A stretch of DNA of 64,000 nucleotides from Geosiphon pyriformis uo1 (taxonomy: Eukaryota; Fungi; Glomeromycota), in NCBI GenBank assembly GCA_016748015.1, contig JAAOMT010000571.1, positions 62,001 through 126,000 of the forward strand. Direction: 5' to 3'. Below are positions 36,359-49,392 of the stretch, piece after piece; the first letter of the stretch is position 1; each line of letters starts with the position of its first letter. The notes beneath the pieces were generated by a model. It was not told the origin of the DNA. It was given only the letters and a program-made list of their open reading frames with translations, and searched no databases. A program made the translations under genes and the position numbers.

Positions 36359-37101
36359 TGTTACTCATAAAAAGAAAACAGATATAGAAAAATAGTAGGC
36401 CAGTAAGAAAGTAGTACTTAGCACATAAACACATTGCTTAGCAATGTGGAACAATATCAGAAATCATAGCACATTGCTTGAGAATGTGAGCAATCTCGTA
36501 GAACCTAAATTATGTATATATAGTGGTAGCATTAGAAGTAGAAAAGACAGACCTCTCAGTTTAAATTTAATCTAAGCTACCTTTCCATTCACAAATATCA
36601 ATAAATAATTATTTGCTATCTTAATCCACTCTCTACTATTAACACTTCATGTTGATAGCAATTAATACTTAACCACACTAGAACAATAGCTCTTAATCAT
36701 GGCTATTAATGGGATATTAACTTGTAATTGCTTTTGTTTATTTTCTTTTATTTCTTTGTTTTACTAATTGATTAGAAGTTAAGCACTGAGTTATTGATGT
36801 TACAGATAGTCTGGTAAAAGACCCAGAAATAAGAGTAGAATTATATATATTAACAGACAGCTTACCAGAAGAGCACAACTGCCAGATTAAACCAGCTACT
36901 ACACTGAAGACAGAAATTGGGAAAACAACTTGAGGAAAACAACTTAAACCAACTATAGTGAATCTTTGTCCATTATACAAAGAACTCTGCAACAAACCTT
37001 TAGATCCACCAAACTTTCAGATATCAACACTAGAATACCAAACCAGCACCAAGTTACAGATTTGTTATTTGACTTGAGACCTCAAATAATTATCTGTAAC
37101 A
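36359..37101 (+). repeat. 3' LTR of element A (743 bp, TGTTAC...GTAACA)
   Basis: Preceded by PPT AAAAGGAGGAGATAA and followed by TSD ATGC. Confidence 0.95.
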
Positions 37102-38561
37102 ATGCCAAGTTTTGGTAATATTTATAAAATTGTTTTGGATTACTTATAATGTTAATAAAAATATTTGAATTTAGATTCAGCAAGTTTTAATAAGCTGTTT
37201 TTAATTTTTAATATTTTACTTAAAGATATGTCTTCAATTTTAGCAGTTATTATTCTTCAGATTTTATCTTTATTATATAGATAACTGTCTAATCATAAAA
37301 GAATTTTGTTTTATATAGTGTCTATAAACATTTTTTTATTTACTTAATTGTTAATAAGAATTATGTATTAGCACAATTTGTCACCAGAAATGTTGTTTTA
37401 TATTTCTTTGTCTAAAAAAATTTTTTTATAAATAAAACAAGATTTATTGTTTTATTTTTTCTGTTGTTTTAGTTATTTAAAGTATTTTTAATAACAAATT
37501 TTATAGTAGTAATAAGTACATATTTTTTATTTTTTTTCTAATAATATGCAAGCTTTCATAAATAAAAGCTTTTTGTTATAATTTTTGTATTTAAGTAAGA
37601 TATAAAGTAGTTGTTTCTTTGGTTTTAGTATTAAATATAAAACATACTAATTGTTAATTAGTTTATTTGTAAAGATAGTAACTTAAAATTTGTCTTTTTT
37701 TTTTCTTTTTTTTTTATATAAATACTAAAGATAACTTATTGTGATTTTTTTTGTTCATAAGATTTAATAGGCTTTTCAAATAAATTTCTCTTTTTTTTCT
37801 TAAATTTTATTAATAATTGTATGTTAATAGTAATTTTAAAGTAATTACAAATAGTTAAAACTTAAATATATTGATTATTTTAGTTAAACTTAAGCTTTTA
37901 AATATTTTAATTAAATATTATATTGGTTTTGGAAAGCCAGTTATTATTAACAAAAGCTTGGTACTATCTGGCTTCTATTATTAAAATTTTAATAAGCATA
38001 ATAATGTCATTAATTTCAAATAAAAAGTTATTAATTTTATCAATAGAAATTTTTGTGGCTTTATCAATAGTAATAATTCTGATATTGGCAATATAATCAA
38101 TTTAATAATCTAATTGATTCATAAATTATTGTATAATAATACTATTTGTTAATTCATTATCAAAAATTAACTTAATAAAATAGCTATTAACTTTTATATT
38201 TGTATACATAATGATAATTAGTTTGGTATTAAAAACAGTTTTATTGAATAATAAAGTTTTTATTGGGTTTTCAAGTTTAAAGAAAAAATAGTGATAAGTA
38301 ACTTATTTTTTGTTATTATAACTAATAGAATATTATTAATAAGTAGTTTTTAGATTTTCAAGTTATTGAATAAGTTGTTTTTTGAAGTGGCCAAAAGACT
38401 TAAATAGCTTTAAAAATTTGGGTTTTAGATATACTTATTTTTTGAATTTTGTTAACATAATTTTAAGTATTAGTTTAATATATTGGAATTAGTTAATATA
38501 TAATTATTGCTAATTTCTAGTTTTGTTAAATAATTTTTGGTTTTTGGTTTTTAGTTGGCAT

Positions 38562-39340
38562 TGTTACAGATGATTATTTAGGGTCTTAAAGCAAATAACA
38601 AATTTGTAACTTGGTGCTTAATTAATATAATGATGTTAATTTCTAAAGATTTTAATTATCTAAAGGTTTTTATATCTGAAGGTTTTTGTTGAGTCCTTTG
38701 TATAATGAACAGAGATTCAATTGTTGTTTTAGTAGCCTTCCAGAATTGCAATTCGGTCGAATTTTTTTCTCAGCATAGTAACCAATAATCCTTCTAATAA
38801 GCTATTCTTAAATCTATAAGTTTTTTACTCTTGTTTCACAGGTTTTTTACCAGTCTCTATAATGTCTGTAACTCAACACTTTTTTTTAATCCTTAATTAA
38901 TTAGTAAAACAAAAAAAAATAACAAAAAAAAATAAAAAAAAATAAAAAAAAAAGCCAAGGCAATAAATATTAATATTCTATTAATAACTGTGATCAAGAG
39001 CTATTGTTTCAGTATAATTAAGTATCAATCACTATCAATATAAAGTATTGATAATAGAGAATAGATTGAGATAATGAATAGTTATTTATTGATATTTGTG
39101 AATGGAAAGATTGCTTAGATCAAATCTAAACTAAAAGGTCTGTCTTTTCTTTTTTTAATGTTATCACTATATATACATAATTGAGATTTCTCAATTTCTC
39201 AATTTTTCACACCAGAAATCCTGAAATTTCTGGAATTCTGCAATTCCTCTAAGAGAAATCTTGGAATTCCACATTTATTATGGCTACTTTTAATTGGCTA
39301 ATTTATATACTAATATACTTTTTATATTCTATGAATAATA
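38562..39340 (-). mobile_element. Solo LTR related to family A
   Basis: Starts TGTTACAGATGATTATT (reverse complement of the LTR-A end); flanked by 4-bp TSD GCAT at 38558-61 and 39341-44. Confidence 0.85.
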
Positions 39341-40785
39341 GCATTTAAGCTAAATTTTGTAACAATACTTAAATTTGTAAAAGTTAATAAATTACTTGTG
39401 ACAATAGAGCTTAATAAATTACAAGTATTAGTATTTAATATATTAAAGATATATATATTGGCTAATGTACTATTTATATATAATAAAATTAATATTATTG
39501 TAATTTCAATTAATTACTAATATAATTCAAATTTGAAATTGGTAATCGAAATTTCTATATTGATTTTTTAATTATGAGTTATTCATTCTTAAATAACAAT
39601 AATAACAGATATGTGTTTTTTGCTATTACTGTTAATTTATTAATAATAATAATAGATATAATTAATTCTAGAACTAATTAAGATTTTCTTAATTGTTATA
39701 ATATTAAAAAAACTGATAAATTGCTTGATTTTTAACTAAATATTTCTCTATTTTTTGGTTAATTGTTTTATTAAACTGTTTTAGTTTGGAATCCAATTTA
39801 AATGATTTGTTTATTATTAAATTTTATGATTGGCTTTGAACTTGGCTAATTTAAAATCTTTGGCATAGATAATTATATCTTAAATATAATAAGCATACTT
39901 ATTGTAAAAAACTGGTGTATAGTTCACAAATAAACTGATTTAAAATCTGAGATACTGTAAAATAGTCAGCATTAATTGTTTAAATTTGGCACAAATTTTT
40001 GTAAATAAGTTATAACTGCTTTAGTATTATTTTGTTTAAGAGTAATAAAGCCAGTTAATAGGTAATTAATGCTGTTATAATTATTAAAATACTGTAGAAA
40101 TGTAGTTTTAAATACATTAAAATTATTAGGTTTGTTTGTAAAGCTTTAATATTACAAGTTGGCAGTATTTTATAAAAAGTATAAAATTTTTTAGAAGACT
40201 TTGATGTTATTCCAGCCATTGGTTATAATGGTTTTTGCAATATTATTTAGTTAGACTTGGATATTATTTTTTTTGTCAATAAACTTTTTAAGCTTAGCAA
40301 TTGGTACATATATTATTTGTTTCAAAGATAAATTGATTTGTTGTTAAAAAAGAATAGATATTAGTACAACTAACAATAAATTAATTTAGATAATTAAAAG
40401 TATGTTTTATTGAATAATAGGAATAAAATTAAGATTGTTTGGGTTTTTTTGGATTTAAACAATCGGAGTTTTATTTTTTAAATTATCTGAAATCAGATTT
40501 TTGTTATTATTTTCTTGATTACTACTTTTTTTTTTTTTTAATTTGGTATTTACTCAATTATTAATAAATCTGAAATTAGGTTGAAATAATAGTAATTAAA
40601 GTTTTAATGGTATTGTTGATCACAATTTTAGTTCTTTAAAGTAATTGTCATAAGTTCCCAATAATTATAATTTTTTCTAATTGTTTTAAAACAAAACTCA
40701 AATTATAAATGTCTTTGCAATTAACAATAATATAAATTCTAATGATATGTTAATAGTACTTTTGAATGTATAATAATATGAAAGG

Positions 40786-43700
40786 TAGAGTTTTGATGTT
40801 TGGTCTGGTTTAATTTAAGTTTAATTAAATCACTAAATTGAATTAAACTTAAACAGAAAATTTGGCAAAATTTCAAACTCAAACTTAAATCAGACTTAAA
40901 ATTATTAAACTTGAACTGAATCCAAACACATGCAACAAGTCTGGTTCAAGTTCAGTTTAAAGTTCATGAACATGTTTAAATATGACTATTAAAAACATTA
41001 TATTATACTATATTATTATTTAATTTTCTTTTTAATAATCTCTATATCTATAATCAAAAACACTGTACTATTTTTATAGTTTAAGCACTAAATGAAATCT
41101 TATATCTGTAATCATATTTTTACCTGCAGAAAAGACACATTCAGAAGCAACAGATAATTCTTGGATTGCCAAATAATTATGAACCATACATAAAAAATAA
41201 GAAAATTGTGTTTGATGTACTTAAATATTAAATTATTAATAAAATGTTAATTTAGATAAATATTTTTTGTAATATATCATCCACTATACCATTATATTTA
41301 TTTTTCTATTGGCCATTTTTTTAGAAATATAACAATTAATTTTGTTAAGTTTTTTTTTCTTATTATTATTAAAGTCTGTTTTTAATATAGATTATATAAC
41401 TAATACTATAGTATTATTAAAATTGTTATTTAACAAAAAACTGTCATTTGATGTTGGTATAATATCCAGTATGTACTTTGTTTTAAAGAGAGCACATATT
41501 TTAAAGGTTTATTTATTGTGTAAAAGCTGGAAAATAAAACTGTTTAAATAAATTAATAACTTATAATTCTTTTATTTTATTAATATTATTATCTGAAAAT
41601 TTTTTTTTTGTGAAATAATAGAATTTTCTTCTTGGATCTAATGCAGTACAAAGTATTATAGTTGTATTTGTATTAAAATAATATTTAATTAACTTTTTTC
41701 TTATTGCTTTAACTATTATAACAAGTAATAAATCTAATATTAAATATGTTAAATAAATAATTAAATAAATACAATTAAGATTATAATGCTTTACTAAATT
41801 TATTATTATTAACTATGTCTTCAACATAATTAAGAATAATATTAAAGAGAAGAATAATTAAAGAAGCAGTATTATTTGAACTGACTAATATTTTGATCAT
41901 AATATTCTTAAATAGTTCAAAAAATTTAGCAATTTTATCAAAGACAGCCCACTGTTTATATAAAATGACATATTAATAAAAGTTAATGTAAATATTAATA
42001 AGAGTGTTTAATGTCTATAAATTTACACTTAGAATTTTTGTATTTAAAATATATGGAATCAAAAATAAATAACTTGCCAATTTAAAAAATAACTTATTCT
42101 TGACTATGTTATAAGTAAAATTTTACCAAATAGAACAATTCAGAATAAATTTATAATATTTAATTTAATATATATTACAGACATGTTCAAGGAGCTCAAA
42201 ACATTAAAACAAAATACAGATTGCAGAGTTAAATTCTTTAATCTTTAATTTATACAAAGTTTATATTAGAAAAATTTCAGATAAATATATTTGGTTTGGG
42301 TTTTTAACAAATATCTTGGAAACATTATTTTTTATTTCATCTAAGGCTGTCTGCACTATCAAGTTTAGAATATGATCAAAGCATCAAAATCAGAAATTTT
42401 TTAAATTTTATTAAATGTTTTTTTTTCTAATTTTCTTACTAATTCTTTTATAAAAATATTATTATTTGTGATATTATTAAGGGTAATAGCAAGAAGCTGT
42501 TGAAAAAAAATTAGATTATAACTAATAAAATTAATAGTAAACTTATATAAAAAAAAGGTAAGTGTAATTCTTTCTTAACCTTTTTTTTAACTTTTTTGGC
42601 TAAAAATTTGGCTTAAAGCAATAATAAAAATCACTTAAGCTAACATTAAGAAAATGCAGTTTTTAATGATATAGATACTATAATAACTTTGAATCTCAGA
42701 TAATATTAATGCCAAAAATTCAGCTCTAAGACAATAATAAAAACCAATTTAAACTAACATTAAAAAAATGTAATTTTTAATAATATGGACACTATAATAA
42801 CTTTGAGTCTTAGATAATACTAATATGTTGTATAATATGCTAATTTTATTATTGGTTATTAATTAACTCAAATTCATGCAAGAATATATGTATATATTTT
42901 TAATGTAATTTTATAATCTTTTAATACTTTAAAAAATTCATTTACAATATTTATTCTATCATGTTGTTTATTTATTAATCCAAAATTAATTATTGTTTGT
43001 TAAAGATTCTAATTGTTATTGATATAATAAGTAATAATAAAAACAAAAACTTTGTTATTGGGAGATGTTTAGAAATCTAAAGTAAAAGAAATTTTGGACT
43101 TAATAATATTTAAGTATATCTATTATGTTATAAATATAAGTAAAAAAAAAGATATTTTATAATATCTGTAGTGTTTATTCTTAATTTTTGTTTACTTAAG
43201 ACATAGAGTTTTATGACTTTATTTTTAATTGTATCAGCACAAACAGATTAAGAAATAGAATTCAAATATTAAAATATTTTAATTAATTCAAAGTCTTTTA
43301 TTATAAAAAGTGGTCATTAGTAATTAATAATCTAAATAGTAATTATGTTACAAAGTTTTTTATTATTAATGTCAATAGCAGTTACTACAAAAGATTAGAA
43401 TAGTTTTCTAGTTAAATTGGCCAAAAATTATAAAAAAAAATAGCAATCTTACTCATTAAAACATTTTTTTAATTGATTCATAATTTTTCTGAATATTTTG
43501 CTTTTTCTTATAATATTCTTTTGTTATAACATATATTATTTAGTAAAAAGTCTTTAAATAATACCATAAGAGTTTAGTAGTGTTTATAGTTCTATAAGAA
43601 AATAGTTTATGCACATATTTTAAGACTGTATATTTAGCTGTTTTTTTTTTATTTACTTAAACTTATTAAAATAGTTTTATATTTTACTCTAAAAACTATA

Positions 43701-44119
43701 TTTACCAAATATATTAATATTTGGACTATTTGGATAATTAAATTCCATTATTTTGGATTTTAAATTTTTAATAACATTGAACAATATCAACAATAAATTT
43801 ATTTTGGTAAGTTGGAAAATAGAATTGTTATATATATATAGTTTTATATACTTTTTTAACTAATCATAATAATTAAACAAAGTAATAATTAATGAACAAG
43901 TAGTACAAGTTATATCTTTTTTTAATTTCATTGAATTTAAACAAGTTTGTGAACTTTGAACCAGACTTAAACCAAATTCAGACTTGTCAAAAAAATTTAA
44001 TACCAAACTCAAATTAAATTTATTTTAAAAAATTAGTTTGGTTCAAGTTCAATTTATAATTCAAACTGAACTTGAATAACACCCAAAGTTTGGTTTAATT
44101 CAGTTTAATTAGAACTTTA
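40786..44119 (-). mobile_element. Decayed hAT-superfamily DNA transposon
   Basis: TIRs TAGAGTTTTGAT / ATTAGAACTTTA (9 of 12 match, mismatches are transitions); degenerate 8-bp TSD ATGAAAGG/ATAATAGA; subterminal (A/G)AAC-type arrays; minus-strand remnants CFDHILNLIVQ (~42350-42385) and dimerisation domain NYLAIQELSVASECVFSAG (~41120-41180). Confidence 0.85.
42602..42825. repeat. ~112-bp tandem duplication inside the hAT relic
   Basis: CAATAATAAAAA...CTATAATAACTTTGA...AGATAATA occurs from 42619 and again from 42732. Confidence 0.8.
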
Positions 44120-44411
44120 ATAATAGATTAATAAGCAAAACAATTTTTGATTTCTTTTAAGTAAGTAGTTGTATCTTTTTTTTTGTTAGTAAAAATAATA
44201 AAAAATCTTTGTTTGGTGTATTCTTTAATTTTGCAATTTATTTCTATAATTATTAGGACAAAACTATAATTTTGTAAAAAACTAATGTGTTGTAGTAGCT
44301 TATTGTAAAAATTTCTAATGATAGTGTTATGGTTAAAACCCATAGTTTTTATTAGTTATCACATATATTAGCCACTAATGTCATATAATTAGCCACCCTA
44401 TTTTTTGATAG

Positions 44412-44531
44412 TGATTGTTAATCTGATCAATGACCTGACCGTTGACCTGATCATTGACCTGATCAATGACCTGATTGTTGACCTGATTGTTGATCTGATC
44501 ATTGACCTGATCATTGATCTGGTCATTGACC
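44412..44531 (+). repeat. 12-bp tandem array (TGATCATTGACC) x10 in the 5' LTR of B; x6 in the 3' LTR (51461-51532)
   Basis: Units counted directly; four units equal the 48-bp LTR length difference (726 vs 678). Confidence 0.92.
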
Positions 44532-45102
44532 ACTTTAGATAGCTATATAAGTGATGATTCTCTTAGCTGTAGAAAAACATGATCAAAGTAACAAAATAAA
44601 CAATATCAATTACTTCCTTTTATAATCACTTATTCCCCTTTCCTTATCTTCAAGTATCTACTTGTTGGCATTCACATACCTTATCTTTTTCCCTTCTTGA
44701 TTTGTATTTGTTAGAATTAGCCTGAGAAGCAATTGGCTTGTTCTTGTAATTCATTGAATAAAGAAACAATTGAAAAGTACAACAATACCTATTATTGATT
44801 CTAAGAATCGCCGAGTTGAGGCATAGAATAATAGCAGTAGTGTTATCTTGTTGACAATCACAGACTATTCTTTTACCTTCAGATTTAAGAAAAGATTAGT
44901 GACTGTGATTTTTATGAAACTAATCATGCACATTAAATTCCTACTTATTCAATTCGCTCCTTTATTGTAATTCCCTCTTTGTTTATTTTCATCACCATAC
45001 AATACTGTTCTCTCTTACTATCCATTAGCTTGTTACTCCAATCCGTAACATAAAAGTGGTGCTCCCTGTGAGGTTGTTAAAATTCACTTATTCCCTCATT
45101 GT

Positions 45103-46655
45103 ATGGGTAATTACTTATATCTGCCACAGTAATCAGAAGAACACTTTGTAGCACACAACAGAAATGACCTAGATTTCATTGAACTTAATTCTCTGCCCTC
45201 CTGCTTGATCTGCTTCCCCCTTGAAGAACAATCCAGTAGACAATTCCAAGACTTCTGGAACTGGTTCCTGAACAAGCATTCAGCTAAAACCTACACAGCC
45301 TATACAACCTATTACTTTGATCAAGCTTATTTTGAAAACAACTTTGAAGAAAGAAACAACAGTATCAATCAGCTCTTATATTCTGCAACCTTTGAACAAC
45401 AGCCCCCTGATTTTGAATATCTGAATCATCAAATCCACATTTGGATTGCTGCCCATCAAGCAATTGAAACTCTTTTTGAAACAGAAGAAGAAAGCTACCA
45501 AACTGCCCCTGTTTTTGACTTTTTATCAAGTAAATCAGACTCGTCTACACAAACAGTTACCTCTGAACCAATGGCTAATGACCTCATGCAAGCAAACATT
45601 CTGGCCACCTTCCAAGGTATACAAACTGCTCTAGGAAGAAGAAATAATACCCCACTACCACTATTTAGAGGTGATGCACAAGATCCAATTGAATGGTTGG
45701 ATGATTTTGAGAGAGCTGCTACAGCCAACCAGTATGATGAAAAATACAAGTTCCAAATCATTGGTGGCTACCTCCAAGGCTCTTCTGCTACCTGGTTCTC
45801 ACAAGAAACAGATGCCAATGCTCAACACAGAATAATCAGATGGACACCAATTAATGCTGGAGAAGAAAATACCTTTTTCACTACCCGATTTGAGGCCAAG
45901 TTCAGAACCCCAATATTAATATCAAAATGGCGCATGGAATTGGAAAGAAGAACTCAAGGTCTTGGAGAAGTAGTGACTGAATATGCCAAGGCTATTAGAA
46001 AGCTAATCAAACATGTAGACTCTGGGAGAAATTGAACAGAAGAGCAGAAAATTCACTCCTTCACAAAAGGATTGAGAACTGATTTATCATATGCTCTTTG
46101 GCCCCTCCTGGCCCTGAAAGATAATCCCATCATAGATATGGCTATTGAATTAGCACAAAGAATTGAAAATAACCAAAGGATGCACTTGGAATCCACACTA
46201 CCAGTTTTTGCTTCTGCTCCTGTCATGGCTTTTGCCCCTCAAATGGCTGCTACTTCTTTTGCCACTCACACTCAAGATCCAAATAAACAGTTAATAGACA
46301 GACTCACAGCAAATCTTGCCTGGTTATTAGAATCTTTAGCCCAAGCAGTCAGAGAAAATCAACAACCACAAAGACCCAGATTTGAACCATGCTTCAATCA
46401 GTCCAGCAACCACCTTATCAAAGACAACAAAATTGTGGCCCACCTGTATGCTATCGCTGTGAATTAACTGGATACTTTTCAAGAGATTGCAACAATCCTC
46501 CACTGTCTCCACCAGTTCCCAGAAACAATGATGCTTAAAACAACAGACCTAACAACAACAATATGCCCAACCAAAGACCCAATCATGTCAACATCAATTT
46601 TTTTGGAGAGAATCCCCTAGTTGAAGCCACTGTTTATTAGCCTTTAAACTGGTAG
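45103..46655 (+). pseudogene. gag of element B
   Basis: ATG at 45103 (MGNYL...), capsid-like LPLFRGDAQDPIEWLDDFERAA, zinc knuckle CYRCELTGYFSRDC (H->Y), a frameshift lesion near 46400, stop TAG at 46653-55. Confidence 0.85.
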
Positions 46656-46690
46656 GCACATCTCCAAAGGATAAAAGTACAAGCCAACCA
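46643..46690 (+). promoter_or_regulatory. Programmed -1 ribosomal frameshift signal (T TTA AAC + stem-loop)
   Basis: The heptamer is in gag phase, one codon before the gag stop. The -1 frame is open from here into protease and RT. Downstream TGGTAGGC...GCCAACCA can pair. Confidence 0.75.
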
Positions 46691-49327
46691 GAAGAAAACT
46701 CCTTTTACGCTTTTAACTTAACTAATAATGACCATGACATAGATGAATTAGCAATCAACCCTTCTGAATCCACAAGAAAGAAAAAGAAAGCCAAAGTTGA
46801 TTTCGTTCTGGACCCCAATAAAGCTTCTACATCAACTGCTGACAACAATAAGCCCCCAAAAGCCAAAGTTTTCAAGAACCCTTCAAAGTTGGAACCCCCA
46901 GAAATAGTACAAAAATCCGGCTCCTATTCTGTTGTCAAAGACCTCATGGAAACCCCAGCACATATAACCTTTGGCCAATTGATGACCCATTCACAATTCA
47001 GAAAAGATCTTCGCAAATCTCTGATTCTAAAAAAAAAGACATCCAAAACCAACAAACGTCCTCACCAAGCTGGACTTGCTAACAATAGCAATGTCACTCC
47101 TCTAATTTGTAAAGCCCAAGTGGCTGGCTACTTCATCAATTTGATCTTAGACAGTAGATCATCTGTTAGTGTTATTGCTAAACACTTTTTTGAAGCAATT
47201 GGCAGAAAAATTGATAAACCATCCACACAACCAATGACCAATGTGCATGGTGATAAAAAAAAAGGGCTTGGCATAGCCAAAGCTATTCCTGTCCACATCA
47301 ATGACATCAGCATTGAAACTGATATGGAAGTATTTGAAGTGAAAGAATACACCATCATTGTTGGCAATAAATGGCTCAAGAAAGCAAAAGCTTTGCTTGA
47401 TTATGAACTCTGTGAACTAACCATTAGATGTGGTGAAAAACCCATTGTGGTTAAATATCACTATTGGACAACTCCCCCAGTACCCAAGCAGAGCCCAGAA
47501 GAAAATGAATCAGATGAATCAGATGATAAAGAAAGTGAGGAAGAAGAAAAACAAGAAAAAACTGCTGAACTTGCCTATACTATCTTCACCAGCAATGGCA
47601 AACCACTGGATAATGTCAAGGCAGATAAAGAAAAAATTATTGTCAATGGCAAGCTGATCTGCTGGCCTTATTATGACATGCTTAAAAGAACCTTTGACAG
47701 AAAGCCAGGCAAGAAAGCCAAATACAGTTATTGGTGGCATGGTCTTTGTGCCTGGTGCTGGTGCAACAAACCATTGTATTCTCCTAGTGATGAATGCATG
47801 TCCTGCCTGATTTATTACAAAGATTGGGAACCAATCAGCTTGATACCCCATAAGGAAATAAAAGAAGTCCAAAAGTCCTTTGAAAATGAACCACCTGAAA
47901 TTCAATCACTGGTTGTAGAACAAAGAGAACTCTCTTCAGAAGAAAAAAAGATAGACATTGAAAATCTGCTGGCTAGAAACAGCCCAGTTGTCTCAAAAGA
48001 AGGTGAACCTCCTGGACGTACACATGTGATACAACACACCATCATTATCAGAGAAACTCGTCCCATCCATTTGAAGTCCTATCAATCCAACCGATGCAAT
48101 GATGAGTTTATCAAAAAAGAAATAACCCAAATAAAAACTCTTGGATTCATACAGAAAACCAAGAGTGAATGGGCATTCCTAGTTGTAGTGGTATCCAAGA
48201 AAGGAGGAACCCTATGCTTTTGTGTTGACTATTGTCAATTAAATGCCATTACTGAAAGAGACATGTATCTACTTCCCAAGATTGATGCAATGCTAGACCA
48301 ATTCCATGGTGTTGCTTTCTTCTCAACCATTGACTTAACTGCTGGATTCTGGCAAGTAGAGATGGATCCAGAAAGCAGAAAGAAAACTGCTTTCATCACC
48401 AAGTATGGCACCTACGAATTCACAGTCATGCTTTTTGGTCTCACAAATGCTCCTCCCACCTTTCAATGCTTAATGGACAAAGTATTTGAATCAGTAAAAG
48501 AAAACTTTGTTCTAGTCTACTTGGACAACATAATGGTATACTCAAAAACCTGGGATAAACACCTTGAACATTTGCAAAAGGTTTTTGACCTCCTTAGAAA
48601 TGCTGGCCTCAAGATCAATCCAATCAAATCATTCTTTGGACGTCAATCCACCCAGTTCCTTGGCCATCTTATTACAAAAAATGGAATCTTCCCTGATTCA
48701 GCCAAAATTGAAAAAGTTTAAAACATTAGACAACCAATGAATGTTCATGAACTACGCTCTTTTCTTGGTTTGGCCTCTTATTACCACAAGTTTGTCAAGG
48801 ATTTCTCCAAAATCGCCACTCCTCTCAATCAGCTACTTAGGAAAAACATCAATTATCACTAGAGCACTCATCAACAAAAAGCATTTAAAATTCTGAAGGA
48901 AAAACTGGTTACAGAATCTATCCTCATGCAACCTAATCTGGATCAACTTTTTATCCTCCATACTGATGCATCTGGCTATGGACTTGGTGCTGTTCTTTCC
49001 CAGAAAGACAAAGATGGCAGGGAACATGTTATAGCATATGCCAGTAGAACTCTCACACCAGCAGAAAGGAACTACTCAGTCACAGAGCAAGAATGCTTAG
49101 CAGTAGTTTGGGCTACCAGCTATTGGAACAAATATCTTAAAGGTGTAAAATTTTTGGTGGTAACAGATTACCAAGCTTTGGTTTGGCTATGCAACAAAAA
49201 AAATCTGGAACATAAATGGATAACTCGCTGGATACTCCACTTGGATGAATTTGACTATGACATTCAACACCATAAAGGAGCTAATCATCAAAATGCCGAC
49301 ACTTTCTCCAGACTTACCATCCAGTGA
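46643..49327 (+). pseudogene. pol (protease, Cys motif, RT, RNase H) of element B
   Basis: LILDSRSSVSVI, FSTIDLTAGFWQV, MLFGLTNAP, YLDN, LHTDASGYGLGAVL, NADTFSRL then TGA TAG TAA. Confidence 0.92.
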
Positions 49328-49392
49328 TAGTAAAACCCTCTCAAACCAAACCAACTTAATTATTTGTAACTCCCCCACAAACAAACACAATA

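Larger units (their letters stand above)
27125..37101 (+). mobile_element. Full-length Ty3/Gypsy LTR retrotransposon, family A (gag-PR-Cys-rich-dUTPase-RT-RH / IN / ORF3), inactivated
   Basis: LTRs 27125-27958 and 36359-37101; 4-bp TSD ATGC at 27121-24 and 37102-05; PBS 27961-75; PPT 36344-58; CCHC knuckle at 29755; protease LILDSR; RT YLDN; RNase H; integrase HHCC, core and GPY/F-like motif; many TGA/TAA/TAG stops. Confidence 0.95.

Noticed and set aside
44412-44531. CRISPR-like arrays (also 27190-27345, 62705-62785)
   Set aside because: Head-to-tail units without unique spacers, inside LTRs of a eukaryote; no cas genes.
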